From NCBI GenBank assembly GCA_037130425.1, contig JBAXTB010000001.1:2527-66526 (forward strand): a stretch of DNA of 64,000 nucleotides. Direction: 5' to 3'. Made by a program: the position numbers and the translations under genes. The DNA is from Bacteroidota bacterium (GTDB lineage Bacteria > Bacteroidota > Bacteroidia > Chitinophagales > Saprospiraceae). This document shows, piece after piece, positions 46,552-56,189 of this stretch (position 1 is the first letter of the stretch; the number at the start of each line of letters is the position of its first letter). The notes beneath the pieces were generated by a model, which saw nothing but the letters and a program-made list of their open reading frames with translations, made no database searches and was not told the origin of the DNA.

Positions 46552-48039
46552 TTAAGACTTATAGTTAATTGTTGCTTCAACAGCTTTTTTCCAACCATGA
46601 TATAAAACGTCAGTGATAATCCTATCGTTTTCAGGGATGAATGATTTTCCTTTTTTCCCAACTTCAGAACAAGCTTGAATTGAACTCCAAACACCAGCTG
46701 AAAGTCCTGCAAGTAAAGCCGCCCCTAATGCCGTTGTTTCAGTATATCTTGCACGAATTACTTCAACTTGAAGCAAATCACATTGAAATTGCATTAGTAA
46801 ATTATTAGAAGAAGCTCCTCCATCAACAAATAAAATAGAAATGTCCATATTGGCATCTTCTTGCATCACTTTGAAGATATCAGTTGTTTGATAAGCAATA
46901 GATTCTAGGGCTGCACGTACAATATGAGCTCTATTAGTTCCTCGAGTTAAACCGAAAAAGGCCCCTCGTGCTTCTGAATTCCAATGTGGCGCTCCTAAGC
47001 CAACAAATGCTGGCACAAAATATACTCCGTTGGAATTTATAACTTGTGAAGCAATTCCTTCAGTTTCTGAAACATGAGAAATTAAACCCAATCCGTCACG
47101 TAACCATTGTATTGCAGAGCCAGCAACAAAAACACTTCCTTCAAGAGCATAACAAACTTTTCCACCGATCTTCCATGCAATAGTTGTGATTAATCCATTA
47201 TTCGAATTAACTGGAATTCCTCCAGTATTCATTAACATAAAGCAACCTGTACCATACGTATTTTTTGCCATTGTAGAATGAATACATCCTTGACCAAACA
47301 ACGCAGCTTGCTGATCACCTGCAATTCCATTTATTGAAATTCCTTCATCTAAAAAACCGGAAACAGTTGTCCCAAAATAGGTAGAACTTTCTTTTACTTC
47401 AGGTAAAATTGAAGATGGAATATTGAACCAGTTTAATAATTCAGTATCCCAACACAAATCATATATATTAAATAATAATGTTCTCGAAGCATTACTGTAA
47501 TCAGTTGCATGAACTTTACCTCCTGTTAAATTCCAAAGCAACCATGTATCGATCGTTCCAAAAGCCAATTCACCTGATTCTGCTTTAGTTCGAATTCCTT
47601 CAATATTTTCTAAAATCCATGCAATTTTACTCGCAGAAAAATAAGCATCCAATTCCAATCCGGTTTTACTACGAATTGATTCTTTTAATCCAAGATTTTG
47701 CAAACGATCACAAATAGATAAAGATTGGCGACTTTGCCATACAATAGCTGGATAAACAGCCTTTCCAGAATTCCTATCCCACAAAATAGTTGTTTCTCGT
47801 TGATTGGTTATTCCTAAAGTGAAAATATCATTTCCTTTTAATCCCAATTGATTTAAAACCAAATTATATGTTTCCTTAACACCTTCAAGTATTTCATCTG
47901 GATCATGTTCCACCCAACCAGGGTGAGGAAAATACTGAGTAAATTCCTTTTGAGCTGAAGCTAATACATTTCCAATTTCATCAAAGAGAATGCAACGTGT
48001 CGAAGTAGTCCCTTGGTCGATTGATAATATTTTTTTCAT
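46552..48039 (-). CDS. glpK: glycerol kinase
   Basis: 495 aa with LSIDQGTTSTRCILFD and GITNQRETT motifs; full FGGY-family collinearity. Confidence 0.96.
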   Translation of the reverse strand: MKKILSIDQGTTSTRCILFDEIGNVLASAQKEFTQYFPHPGWVEHDPDEILEGVKETYNLVLNQLGLKGNDIFTLGITNQRETTILWDRNSGKAVYPAIVWQSRQSLSICDRLQNLGLKESIRSKTGLELDAYFSASKIAWILENIEGIRTKAESGELAFGTIDTWLLWNLTGGKVHATDYSNASRTLLFNIYDLCWDTELLNWFNIPSSILPEVKESSTYFGTTVSGFLDEGISINGIAGDQQAALFGQGCIHSTMAKNTYGTGCFMLMNTGGIPVNSNNGLITTIAWKIGGKVCYALEGSVFVAGSAIQWLRDGLGLISHVSETEGIASQVINSNGVYFVPAFVGLGAPHWNSEARGAFFGLTRGTNRAHIVRAALESIAYQTTDIFKVMQEDANMDISILFVDGGASSNNLLMQFQCDLLQVEVIRARYTETTALGAALLAGLSAGVWSSIQACSEVGKKGKSFIPENDRIITDVLYHGWKKAVEATINYKS

Positions 48040-48208
48040 TTACCGATTTTCAATTAACCTGTTCAAAACATACTTATAAATGAGAATTCATTTGCTATTA
48101 AATTAAATGAGTTCCATGTATGAATAAATAATAGTAAAGTTACTATTTGAGAAGCTAACTATTCAATGACACATATTAATTAAGCTAATTTTTAAAATGT
48201 AAAACTAA

Positions 48209-48239
48209 CTAAGTAAAATTATAAATCAATTTTACTTAG
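48209..48239 (-). terminator. AT-rich hairpin downstream of CDS 48453..49856
   Basis: CTAAGTAAAATT pairs with AATTTTACTTAG: a 12-bp perfect stem with a 7-nt loop. Confidence 0.45.
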
Positions 48240-48452
48240 AATTGATAACATCCTTAATGGTGAAATAAATAATGCATTATTTAACATTCCAAAAAATAAT
48301 TTAATGAATTATTAAACAACAAATTTTAAGACGAAAATATCTTCAACAAAATTTCCATTCAAGCATTCTTTTTTCTGCATAAATAAAATTCAGTTGAATA
48401 TAAATTAGATCATTGAGTATAAAATATAACGACCATTCTAAATATTGATTTT

Positions 48453-49856
48453 CTATTTGTTAAACTTTTCATAATTCTTCAAAAAATCTTCAATCTTTTC
48501 AACGTCAATTCTTTTTGCTATAATTTTCTTATTTCTATCCAACACATATAAAACTGGAGTTGAATAAATATCATAGTATTTTCGAAACTGAGCAGTTCCT
48601 AAAAGATCAGCAGCATTAATCCAATTTAGCTCTTTCTCCTTGATATATTTAAACCATTCCGATGTATCAGCTTCAATATAAACACCTAATACTTCTAAGT
48701 CAAATTCCTTTTTATATGTAATATAAAAATCTCTCAGTTTAGGAGTAACTTTTTGACAATGTCCGCAACTTGGGTCCCAAAAATAAACAAGAGTATATTT
48801 CTTTTTTATATCATTTAAAGCAATTGGATGAAAGTCACTTTTTAAAAGATGCATATTATTAGCAGTTACACCAATTAAACAAGGCTCTAACGCAGATACT
48901 CTTTCTTTAATTTTACCTAATTGTTCATCTTCAACCCAATAAGCCTTACCATTCATATAGTAGTTTTTTGCCATATAGACAAAAACAGCATCCATTCCCA
49001 TAATTTCGGATTTCTCATAAGTATTTGTAATCCAATATACAAGGAACTTAAATGTTTCACTTTTCTCGTCAGTTAGATTAATCACTCGTTTCGCTGCTTG
49101 ATTAATAGAATCTGGAATTTGAGGGGTTAATTTTTCAAAATACTGTTTAATTTTATTACCAAATACAGGAGATCTTAATAATCTATCATCCTTTAGATCA
49201 AACTTATCAAAATAATGAGCTTTGTAATATCTATAAGCAAATGTTGAATCTTTTCGTCCATTACTTAAGATTGGTGTTTCTGGAATTTCCGGCTCCCAAC
49301 TTGCATTAAATATTTTAGAAAGCAACATTTCGGGATGATTCGAGATAAATATATTCTTGTAGTCTTTAACTGATCTATCTATACTATTTTGTTCATCTCG
49401 AATCAATTTTAATTTACCCTCATCCCCCTTAGACATATCAAATTCTTTTTTCAATCGTTCCATTTCTTTACCTCGAACTGATATCCAATTTAAATATTCA
49501 TAAAAAGCTTCATTATCCTTCGAGCCTTTTACTTTCATATTTGAAATCAAATCCAAAGTATCAGTATCCATACTAAATCTTTGCTCTTTATCAACAATTA
49601 TTTCAAAATATTTGCGGCTTGGCAGTACCGCCAAGTATACACCTCCAGGTAGGTTCTCATCCCCTTTGAAAGTCAATTTTCCATTTTCATCAGCTAATGA
49701 AGAATCTCTTATATATTGTTTATCCCCAAAATAATAAGCTAATTGAATGTTTTGATTCTTAATCCCTTTAATAGTTAATTTGATTTCATAATTTCCAGCA
49801 ATCAGAAAAGTTCTAGAAATAAATATAAGGACAAGAAGGAGCAAACTCTTTTTCAT
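48453..49856 (-). CDS. TlpA-like thioredoxin-fold protein with a long N-terminal domain (467 aa)
   Basis: Signal peptide; C-terminal VYFWDPSCGHCQK CxxC motif. Confidence 0.8.
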   Translation of the reverse strand: MKKSLLLLVLIFISRTFLIAGNYEIKLTIKGIKNQNIQLAYYFGDKQYIRDSSLADENGKLTFKGDENLPGGVYLAVLPSRKYFEIIVDKEQRFSMDTDTLDLISNMKVKGSKDNEAFYEYLNWISVRGKEMERLKKEFDMSKGDEGKLKLIRDEQNSIDRSVKDYKNIFISNHPEMLLSKIFNASWEPEIPETPILSNGRKDSTFAYRYYKAHYFDKFDLKDDRLLRSPVFGNKIKQYFEKLTPQIPDSINQAAKRVINLTDEKSETFKFLVYWITNTYEKSEIMGMDAVFVYMAKNYYMNGKAYWVEDEQLGKIKERVSALEPCLIGVTANNMHLLKSDFHPIALNDIKKKYTLVYFWDPSCGHCQKVTPKLRDFYITYKKEFDLEVLGVYIEADTSEWFKYIKEKELNWINAADLLGTAQFRKYYDIYSTPVLYVLDRNKKIIAKRIDVEKIEDFLKNYEKFNK

Positions 49857-50048
49857 ATTTTAATTATTGTACAAAAAACACAACAAATATTATGCATTTT
49901 TTTAATACATTTACATTGATATCTATATTTAAAATGCAAATCTCTAATAATCAAGAATAAAACATATTATTTTTCTTTCAAAAAGATTTATCCATCTATA
50001 AATTAAAACTTCTGATAAAATATATAATCAAACTAAGTAATTTGCAGA

Positions 50049-52895
50049 ATGAATCAAAGTTTTGTAAAAGATGTCGCAACTTTATATTTGAAACTTTCTA
50101 AACAAGGAAAAACAACTTGTTTAGTTTTCCCCAATAAACGATCAAAAATTTTCTTTCGAAAAGAACTGTCAATCTTAAATCCAGAAGTTCAATGGTTTCC
50201 TCAACATTATTCTAGTGAAGAATTTGTTAAATTACTTACAGGGCTAAAGTTTATCGACTCCATTTCAATAATTTTTGAATTTTATATAGTATACCGACAA
50301 TGTGAAGGTGAAAATGCAGAATCTTTTGAATCATTTAGCGTTTGGGCCCCACAATTAATACATGATTTCCAAGAAATTGATTTGTATTGTGTTGACTCCA
50401 AACAATTATTTAGTACAATTGACGATGCATATGCTTTGAAAAATTGGTCTCCGGATGGAATTATAATAACTGAAAATCAAAAACAATACTTAAAATTTTG
50501 GTCGCGAATTGGAGTTTGGTATAATTTATTTAATAACCATTTATATGACAAAGGAATAGCTACTACTGCTATGGCTTATCGCAATCTTTCTGAAGAAATT
50601 GCAACTCAAATTAAACAGTTTAATTACGATAAAATAATATTTGCTGGATTTAATGCATTGAATAAATCAGAACAAAATATTATTTCTTATCTAAACAAAA
50701 TTGGTATTGCTGAGATTATTTGGGACGCTGATTCACACTATATAAATAATGAAATAAATGAAGCTGGACATTTTATTCGACAATACTTAAACTATTGGCC
50801 AGTAGAACAAATATATGGTAGCAAACCATTTATTGAAAATTCAATAAAAAATATCCATATCTTAGGAGTTGCTAAAAACATTGGTCAATCATTAGTAGCA
50901 GGTAGTATATTAGATAATTTGGGTAAAGAAGATAAAGAATTAACAAATACTTCTTTGGTGTTATGTGACGAGCAATTATTATTGCCGATGCTAGATTTCC
51001 TACCAGAAAATATTGAAAATGTAAATATTACAATGGGTTTTCCAATGCATCTTCTACCTGTAAGTAATTTATTCTTACTGATTTTCGAAATGCATAATAA
51101 AGCTCGAATAAACTCATATGATAGCTCTAAAGAACCTTCATTTTATTATAGGGATTTATTACGTATTCTCCGAAATCCCATAATTGCTGCAACAATTGAT
51201 AATAATAAATTACAACCGTTAATTGACTATATTGTTAAAGGTAAAAATATATTTATTAAACATTCAACTTTACTAAATAATACATTTAATAATATAGAAA
51301 TTCTAAGCAAATTAGATTTCTTATTTCAATCATGGGATAATGAAATAAATAATTCATTATCAACTTTAAAAAAATTAGTGGAATACTTATATAATAGTAT
51401 AAATTCAAGACAGATGGCTGATGTTGGATTAGATATGGAGGCTCTATTTACCATTAATTCCATTATTAAACAAATAGAGAATCTTAAAGATACTTTTAGT
51501 GGCTTTAATAAAGTAAGGACTTTACAAAAAATATTTACACAGCTGATTAAGAGTCAAACATTTCCATTTTATGGAGAACAATTAAATGGATTACAAATAA
51601 TGGGACTTCTAGAAACAAGAAATCTGGATTTCAAAAATTTAATACTCTTATCAGTAAATGAAGGTGTTATACCAGCATCAAAAATGCATCGTTCATTTAT
51701 TCCAAATGATATTGCTAAATATTTTGGATTACCAACATATAAAGAAAGAGATGCAATCTATGCATACCATTTTTATCGTATGATACAACGTGCTGAAAAT
51801 ATATGGTTTGTATATAATACAGAAACTGATGAATTCGGAAAAGGAGAACAATCTAGATTTTTAACTCAATTAGAAAAAGAAATAAAAAGCGATAAAATAA
51901 AAATATCGAAAGAAATTTTTGTTCCTGAATTAGTATTTAATGAAGTGAATTCAATTGAGATAATAAAAACGAATGAAATACTAGACAAAATTATTAATAA
52001 AATTAATGGAGAAAATGCCAACAACAACTTATCTCCAACAGCATTATCCATGTATCTAAATTGTACTTTATCTTATTACTTTAAATATATAGGTAAAATA
52101 AAAATAGATGAATTAACGACCGATGAAATAGAATCTAATATTATGGGGACTATTATTCATAATGTATTACAATTTTTCTATCAACCTTTTGAAAATAAAA
52201 TTATTACTTCTGAAGATATTATTAAAATGAAAAATAAAACAAAAAAAGAAGTTATAAATGCATTTAAAAATGAAGGTATTGATTTAAAAGATATTAAAAA
52301 TGGAAATAATAATTTGATTTTTAATGGGGTAATAAAATTATTAAATAATTTCTTAGATTCTGAAATTTCTTATATAAAGAAACTAAATGAACATAATAGC
52401 TATTTAAAAATTGAAAAAATTGAAAGTGTTCTAACGTACAAACTGAAATTTAAAACAAATGGAATTGAAAGAGAAGTGGGGTTTAGAGGAAGAGTTGATA
52501 GAATCGATAAAATTGATAATACTATTAGAATTATCGATTACAAAACAGGTTTTATTACAAAATCTGATGTAAAGATAGATGATCAAAAAGAAATCCTTAC
52601 AAATCCCAATAAATCTAAGGCACTTCAACTTTTACAATATACTTTGATGGCTCCAATTGAATATGATAATTTTAAAATTATCCCTGGAATTATTAGTCTT
52701 AGAAAACCCCAAGCAGGTATGATGGCATTAAACTTAAACAACAAAGAAGGATTAAATAATGAAGATAGATTAGAAACAAAAAATATATTTACTCAAATTA
52801 TAAAGGAATTGTTAGATTCAAATATAAATTTCAAACAAGTTGAAGACTATACAAGGTGTATTTTCTGTGACTTCAAATCAATATGCAAAAGGTAG
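50049..52895 (+). CDS. PD-(D/E)XK nuclease family protein, AddB-like (948 aa)
   Basis: C-terminal RecB-type nuclease motif GRVDRIDKIDNTIRIIDYKTG...LQLLQY and a terminal Cys cluster (CIFCDFKSICK). Confidence 0.78.
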   Translation: MNQSFVKDVATLYLKLSKQGKTTCLVFPNKRSKIFFRKELSILNPEVQWFPQHYSSEEFVKLLTGLKFIDSISIIFEFYIVYRQCEGENAESFESFSVWAPQLIHDFQEIDLYCVDSKQLFSTIDDAYALKNWSPDGIIITENQKQYLKFWSRIGVWYNLFNNHLYDKGIATTAMAYRNLSEEIATQIKQFNYDKIIFAGFNALNKSEQNIISYLNKIGIAEIIWDADSHYINNEINEAGHFIRQYLNYWPVEQIYGSKPFIENSIKNIHILGVAKNIGQSLVAGSILDNLGKEDKELTNTSLVLCDEQLLLPMLDFLPENIENVNITMGFPMHLLPVSNLFLLIFEMHNKARINSYDSSKEPSFYYRDLLRILRNPIIAATIDNNKLQPLIDYIVKGKNIFIKHSTLLNNTFNNIEILSKLDFLFQSWDNEINNSLSTLKKLVEYLYNSINSRQMADVGLDMEALFTINSIIKQIENLKDTFSGFNKVRTLQKIFTQLIKSQTFPFYGEQLNGLQIMGLLETRNLDFKNLILLSVNEGVIPASKMHRSFIPNDIAKYFGLPTYKERDAIYAYHFYRMIQRAENIWFVYNTETDEFGKGEQSRFLTQLEKEIKSDKIKISKEIFVPELVFNEVNSIEIIKTNEILDKIINKINGENANNNLSPTALSMYLNCTLSYYFKYIGKIKIDELTTDEIESNIMGTIIHNVLQFFYQPFENKIITSEDIIKMKNKTKKEVINAFKNEGIDLKDIKNGNNNLIFNGVIKLLNNFLDSEISYIKKLNEHNSYLKIEKIESVLTYKLKFKTNGIEREVGFRGRVDRIDKIDNTIRIIDYKTGFITKSDVKIDDQKEILTNPNKSKALQLLQYTLMAPIEYDNFKIIPGIISLRKPQAGMMALNLNNKEGLNNEDRLETKNIFTQIIKELLDSNINFKQVEDYTRCIFCDFKSICKR

Positions 52896-52943
52896 CTTTT
52901 ACTTCTTTTACTTTTCCCTAAATTTATCATATAATTCCAAGTA

Positions 52944-55900
52944 ATGAGACAATCCATTTTCAAATTCATAATCATAGTTTTTAGTATTCTCCATGGAAAT
53001 ACTTTATTAAGTCAACAATATTATTTTGCGAATTATTCAATTAATGATGGTCTATCTCATTCATGTATTAACTCAATAATACAAGGTAAAGATGGTTATT
53101 TATGGATTGGAACTAATATGGGAGTTTCTCGTTTTGATGGTCATGTATTCAAAAACTTTACAGTAAAAAATGGATTATCAGATAATAAAGTGACTACTGT
53201 TTTAGAAATAAATAATGGAGAATTCTTATTTGGACATGAGAATGGACATTTAAGTTATTTTAAAGAAAATAAATTTGAAAAAATTGTACTAGGAAAAGAT
53301 ACTCGTAGAATATTTTGTCTGAGTAAGGACAAAAACGGTTGTTTATGGATTGGGACTCAATCAAGTGGCGTTTTTAAAGTTAAACTAATCAATCTTATTG
53401 AAAATCTAAAAAATGCGAATTATGAACATTACGATGCAAAAAAAGGGCTATCAAGAGATGTAACTAGTGTTTTGTATGATTCTCAAGGAGAACTTTGGTT
53501 TGTAACAGATCTAGGCATAAAAAAATATAATTCAACAACATCAAGCTTTGACTTTTATGTTCCTAATGGAATTGACTTTGTTCAATTCTCAGCTATAGCT
53601 GAAGATGAAAATAAAGATTTATGGTTCGGTACACCTTCTTCAGGAGCTTTTAAGTATTCTAGGAACATAAATCAATTTACAAAATATAATTTAGAGAATG
53701 GAAAATTGGGATCTAATTTCGTTTCTGTATTGCAAAAAACTAAGAATGGTGGGATGTATATAGGTACATGGGGCGGAGGTGTTTCAGTAATTAAAAATGA
53801 TAAAGTTGAGATTCTTCAAGAAAATAATGGATTAAGTGAAAACAAAATCCGTAGTATTTCTGAAGATCGGGAGGGAAATCTTTGGATAGGAACAAATCAA
53901 AATGGGCTTTCATGTTTTAGAGGACAAAATTTCAAAATATATAATCATGCTAATGATAAAACCAATAACCAAATAGGAGCAATTTGCTCAGATGCTAATG
54001 GGAATATGTGGTTTGGTTCAACAAACTGCATTTATGTTCTTAATAAGAAAGATAATGAATTCAATAAATTTGAAATACCCTCAGAAGAGGATGTAGAAGT
54101 AACAACACTATTGGAAGATAAGAGAGGATTAATTTGGGTTGGAACATGGGGAGCAGGTATTTTTATTATCCATCCCCAAAATATGTCAATAGAACATTTT
54201 CAAGGGAAAATTCCTAACAACGATCCGATAACTTTTAACGAATTATATGTTCATACGATATATCAAGCAAAAAATGGAAATATTTGGATATCAATGTTAA
54301 GAGGATTGGCAGTATATGATTCAAAGAAAAACCAAATTCATACATATACTGTCAAAGATGGTTTAGCTGATAATAGCACTACTGATATTCAAGAAGATAA
54401 AGATGGCTCAATTTGGATAGGTTCATCATCATCAGGATTGACACTATTTAAAAACAATAGATTTACTATTTTAAACCCCAATGATATAAATATATATCCA
54501 TCCATTTCAGCTTTAACATTAGATGAGAATAAAGATATCTGGATTGCAACGGAAGGAGGTGGGATTTATAAATACTTCCAAAATAAATTTATAAATTTTA
54601 ATGTAAATAACGGATTTATCTCAAATTATATAGGATCAATAGAAAGCGATTTATTTGGTAAAATCTGGTTTAGTACCAATAAAGGTATTTGTTCATGGGA
54701 TAAGGAAAATAAAACATTTTCGATAACAGATAAATATGATAAAATTGCTCGAATAGAAACAAAATCAAATTCATCCTTTAGGGATTCCCAAAATCATTTA
54801 TGGTTTGGGACTATAAATGGAGCAATAGAATTTACTCCAAATGATCTAAAAACAAATTCAATTGAATCTGTTACTCAAATAACAACAGTTAAGTCTTTTC
54901 AAGATACTTTATTAAAAGATGGATTATCATTGAATTATAAAAAAAACTATTTAACATTCATGTTTAATGGAATTTGTTTTTCAGATCCAGAAAAGGTGAG
55001 ATATAAATATCAATTAGAGGGTTTCGATCAAACTTGGCAAGAGAGTGAATTAAATTTTGCAACATACAATAATTTAGAACCAGGAAAATATATATTCCAT
55101 GTAAAGTCATGTAACAATGATGGATTATGGAATTCTAAATCAGTTGATTTCTCATTTTATATTACTCCTCCTTTTTGGATGACTTGGTGGTTTTATACAT
55201 CAATTTTAATGATTGTAATATTTTTAATAATATTTACAATTAAATACAGAGAAAAAAATTTGATACTTGAAAAAAAGAGACTAGAACTAATAGTTCATGA
55301 AAGGACCTCGGAAATATTTCTTCAAAAAAATGAAATAGAAAAACAAAGAGATGAATTAAGAATTAATAGCAATATTATAGAACACAAGAACTTATCAATT
55401 ACTGATAGTATAAGATATGCTAGAAGAATTCAACTAGCTACTTTGCCATATAATGATGTAATATTTAATGAATTACCAGAGTCATTTATATTATACAAGC
55501 CTAAAGACATCGTAAGCGGTGATTTTTATGCATTTGCTAAAAAAGAAAACACAATATTAATTGCTGTTGCAGATTGCACAGGACATGGAGTACCTGGTGC
55601 ATTTATGAGTATGATCGGGACAAATTTGTTCAATCAAGTAATTAATGAAAAAAACATTTATCGTCCTTCTGAAATTTTAAACCATTTAGATAAAGGTATT
55701 GAAAGAGCATTAAAACAAGAGGAAACAGATAATCATGATGGTATGGATATAATTATTTGTTCACTAAATTTTGATACTAAATGTTTTGAAATGGCTGGAG
55801 CAAATAGACCTTTGTGGCTAATTCGAAAAAATAAATCAGAAAAGATAGTTAATGATGAAGATTATCTGCAAATAATTCGACCAGATAAAAATCCAATTGG

Positions 55901-56189
55901 GGGATTTCATCAAAAAACAAAAGAAAATTTCACGAATCATTCCTTTAATTTTGAACCTGGTGATACAATCTATTTATTTACAGATGGATATGCTGATCAA
56001 TTTGGAGGACCTAAAGGAAAAAAACTTTTATCTAAACGTTTAAGAGACTATTTGCTTGAAATAAAAAATCTACCTATAAAAGAGCAAGAAGTTTTGTTAG
56101 AAAACTATTTTGAGAAATGGAGAGGAGATCATGAACAAGTTGATGATGTTTTAATTATTGGAATTCGTTATCCTGAGAAATATCTATAA
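52944..56189 (+). CDS. two-component-regulator propeller (Y_Y_Y) sensor fused to a PP2C/SpoIIE-type phosphatase (1081 aa)
   Basis: Repeated GLS.N.V..I..D..G.LWIGT propeller blades, one transmembrane span (WWFYTSILMIVIFLIIF), and C-terminal SGDFY...ADCTGHGVPGA...DG..D PP2C motifs. Confidence 0.88.
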   Translation: MRQSIFKFIIIVFSILHGNTLLSQQYYFANYSINDGLSHSCINSIIQGKDGYLWIGTNMGVSRFDGHVFKNFTVKNGLSDNKVTTVLEINNGEFLFGHENGHLSYFKENKFEKIVLGKDTRRIFCLSKDKNGCLWIGTQSSGVFKVKLINLIENLKNANYEHYDAKKGLSRDVTSVLYDSQGELWFVTDLGIKKYNSTTSSFDFYVPNGIDFVQFSAIAEDENKDLWFGTPSSGAFKYSRNINQFTKYNLENGKLGSNFVSVLQKTKNGGMYIGTWGGGVSVIKNDKVEILQENNGLSENKIRSISEDREGNLWIGTNQNGLSCFRGQNFKIYNHANDKTNNQIGAICSDANGNMWFGSTNCIYVLNKKDNEFNKFEIPSEEDVEVTTLLEDKRGLIWVGTWGAGIFIIHPQNMSIEHFQGKIPNNDPITFNELYVHTIYQAKNGNIWISMLRGLAVYDSKKNQIHTYTVKDGLADNSTTDIQEDKDGSIWIGSSSSGLTLFKNNRFTILNPNDINIYPSISALTLDENKDIWIATEGGGIYKYFQNKFINFNVNNGFISNYIGSIESDLFGKIWFSTNKGICSWDKENKTFSITDKYDKIARIETKSNSSFRDSQNHLWFGTINGAIEFTPNDLKTNSIESVTQITTVKSFQDTLLKDGLSLNYKKNYLTFMFNGICFSDPEKVRYKYQLEGFDQTWQESELNFATYNNLEPGKYIFHVKSCNNDGLWNSKSVDFSFYITPPFWMTWWFYTSILMIVIFLIIFTIKYREKNLILEKKRLELIVHERTSEIFLQKNEIEKQRDELRINSNIIEHKNLSITDSIRYARRIQLATLPYNDVIFNELPESFILYKPKDIVSGDFYAFAKKENTILIAVADCTGHGVPGAFMSMIGTNLFNQVINEKNIYRPSEILNHLDKGIERALKQEETDNHDGMDIIICSLNFDTKCFEMAGANRPLWLIRKNKSEKIVNDEDYLQIIRPDKNPIGGFHQKTKENFTNHSFNFEPGDTIYLFTDGYADQFGGPKGKKLLSKRLRDYLLEIKNLPIKEQEVLLENYFEKWRGDHEQVDDVLIIGIRYPEKYL

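Noticed and set aside
46512-46712. A 66-codon minus-strand ORF overlapping the 3' end of glpK in another frame.
   Set aside because: It is embedded in the glpK C-terminal coding region and the short spacer after it, and it has no independent support.
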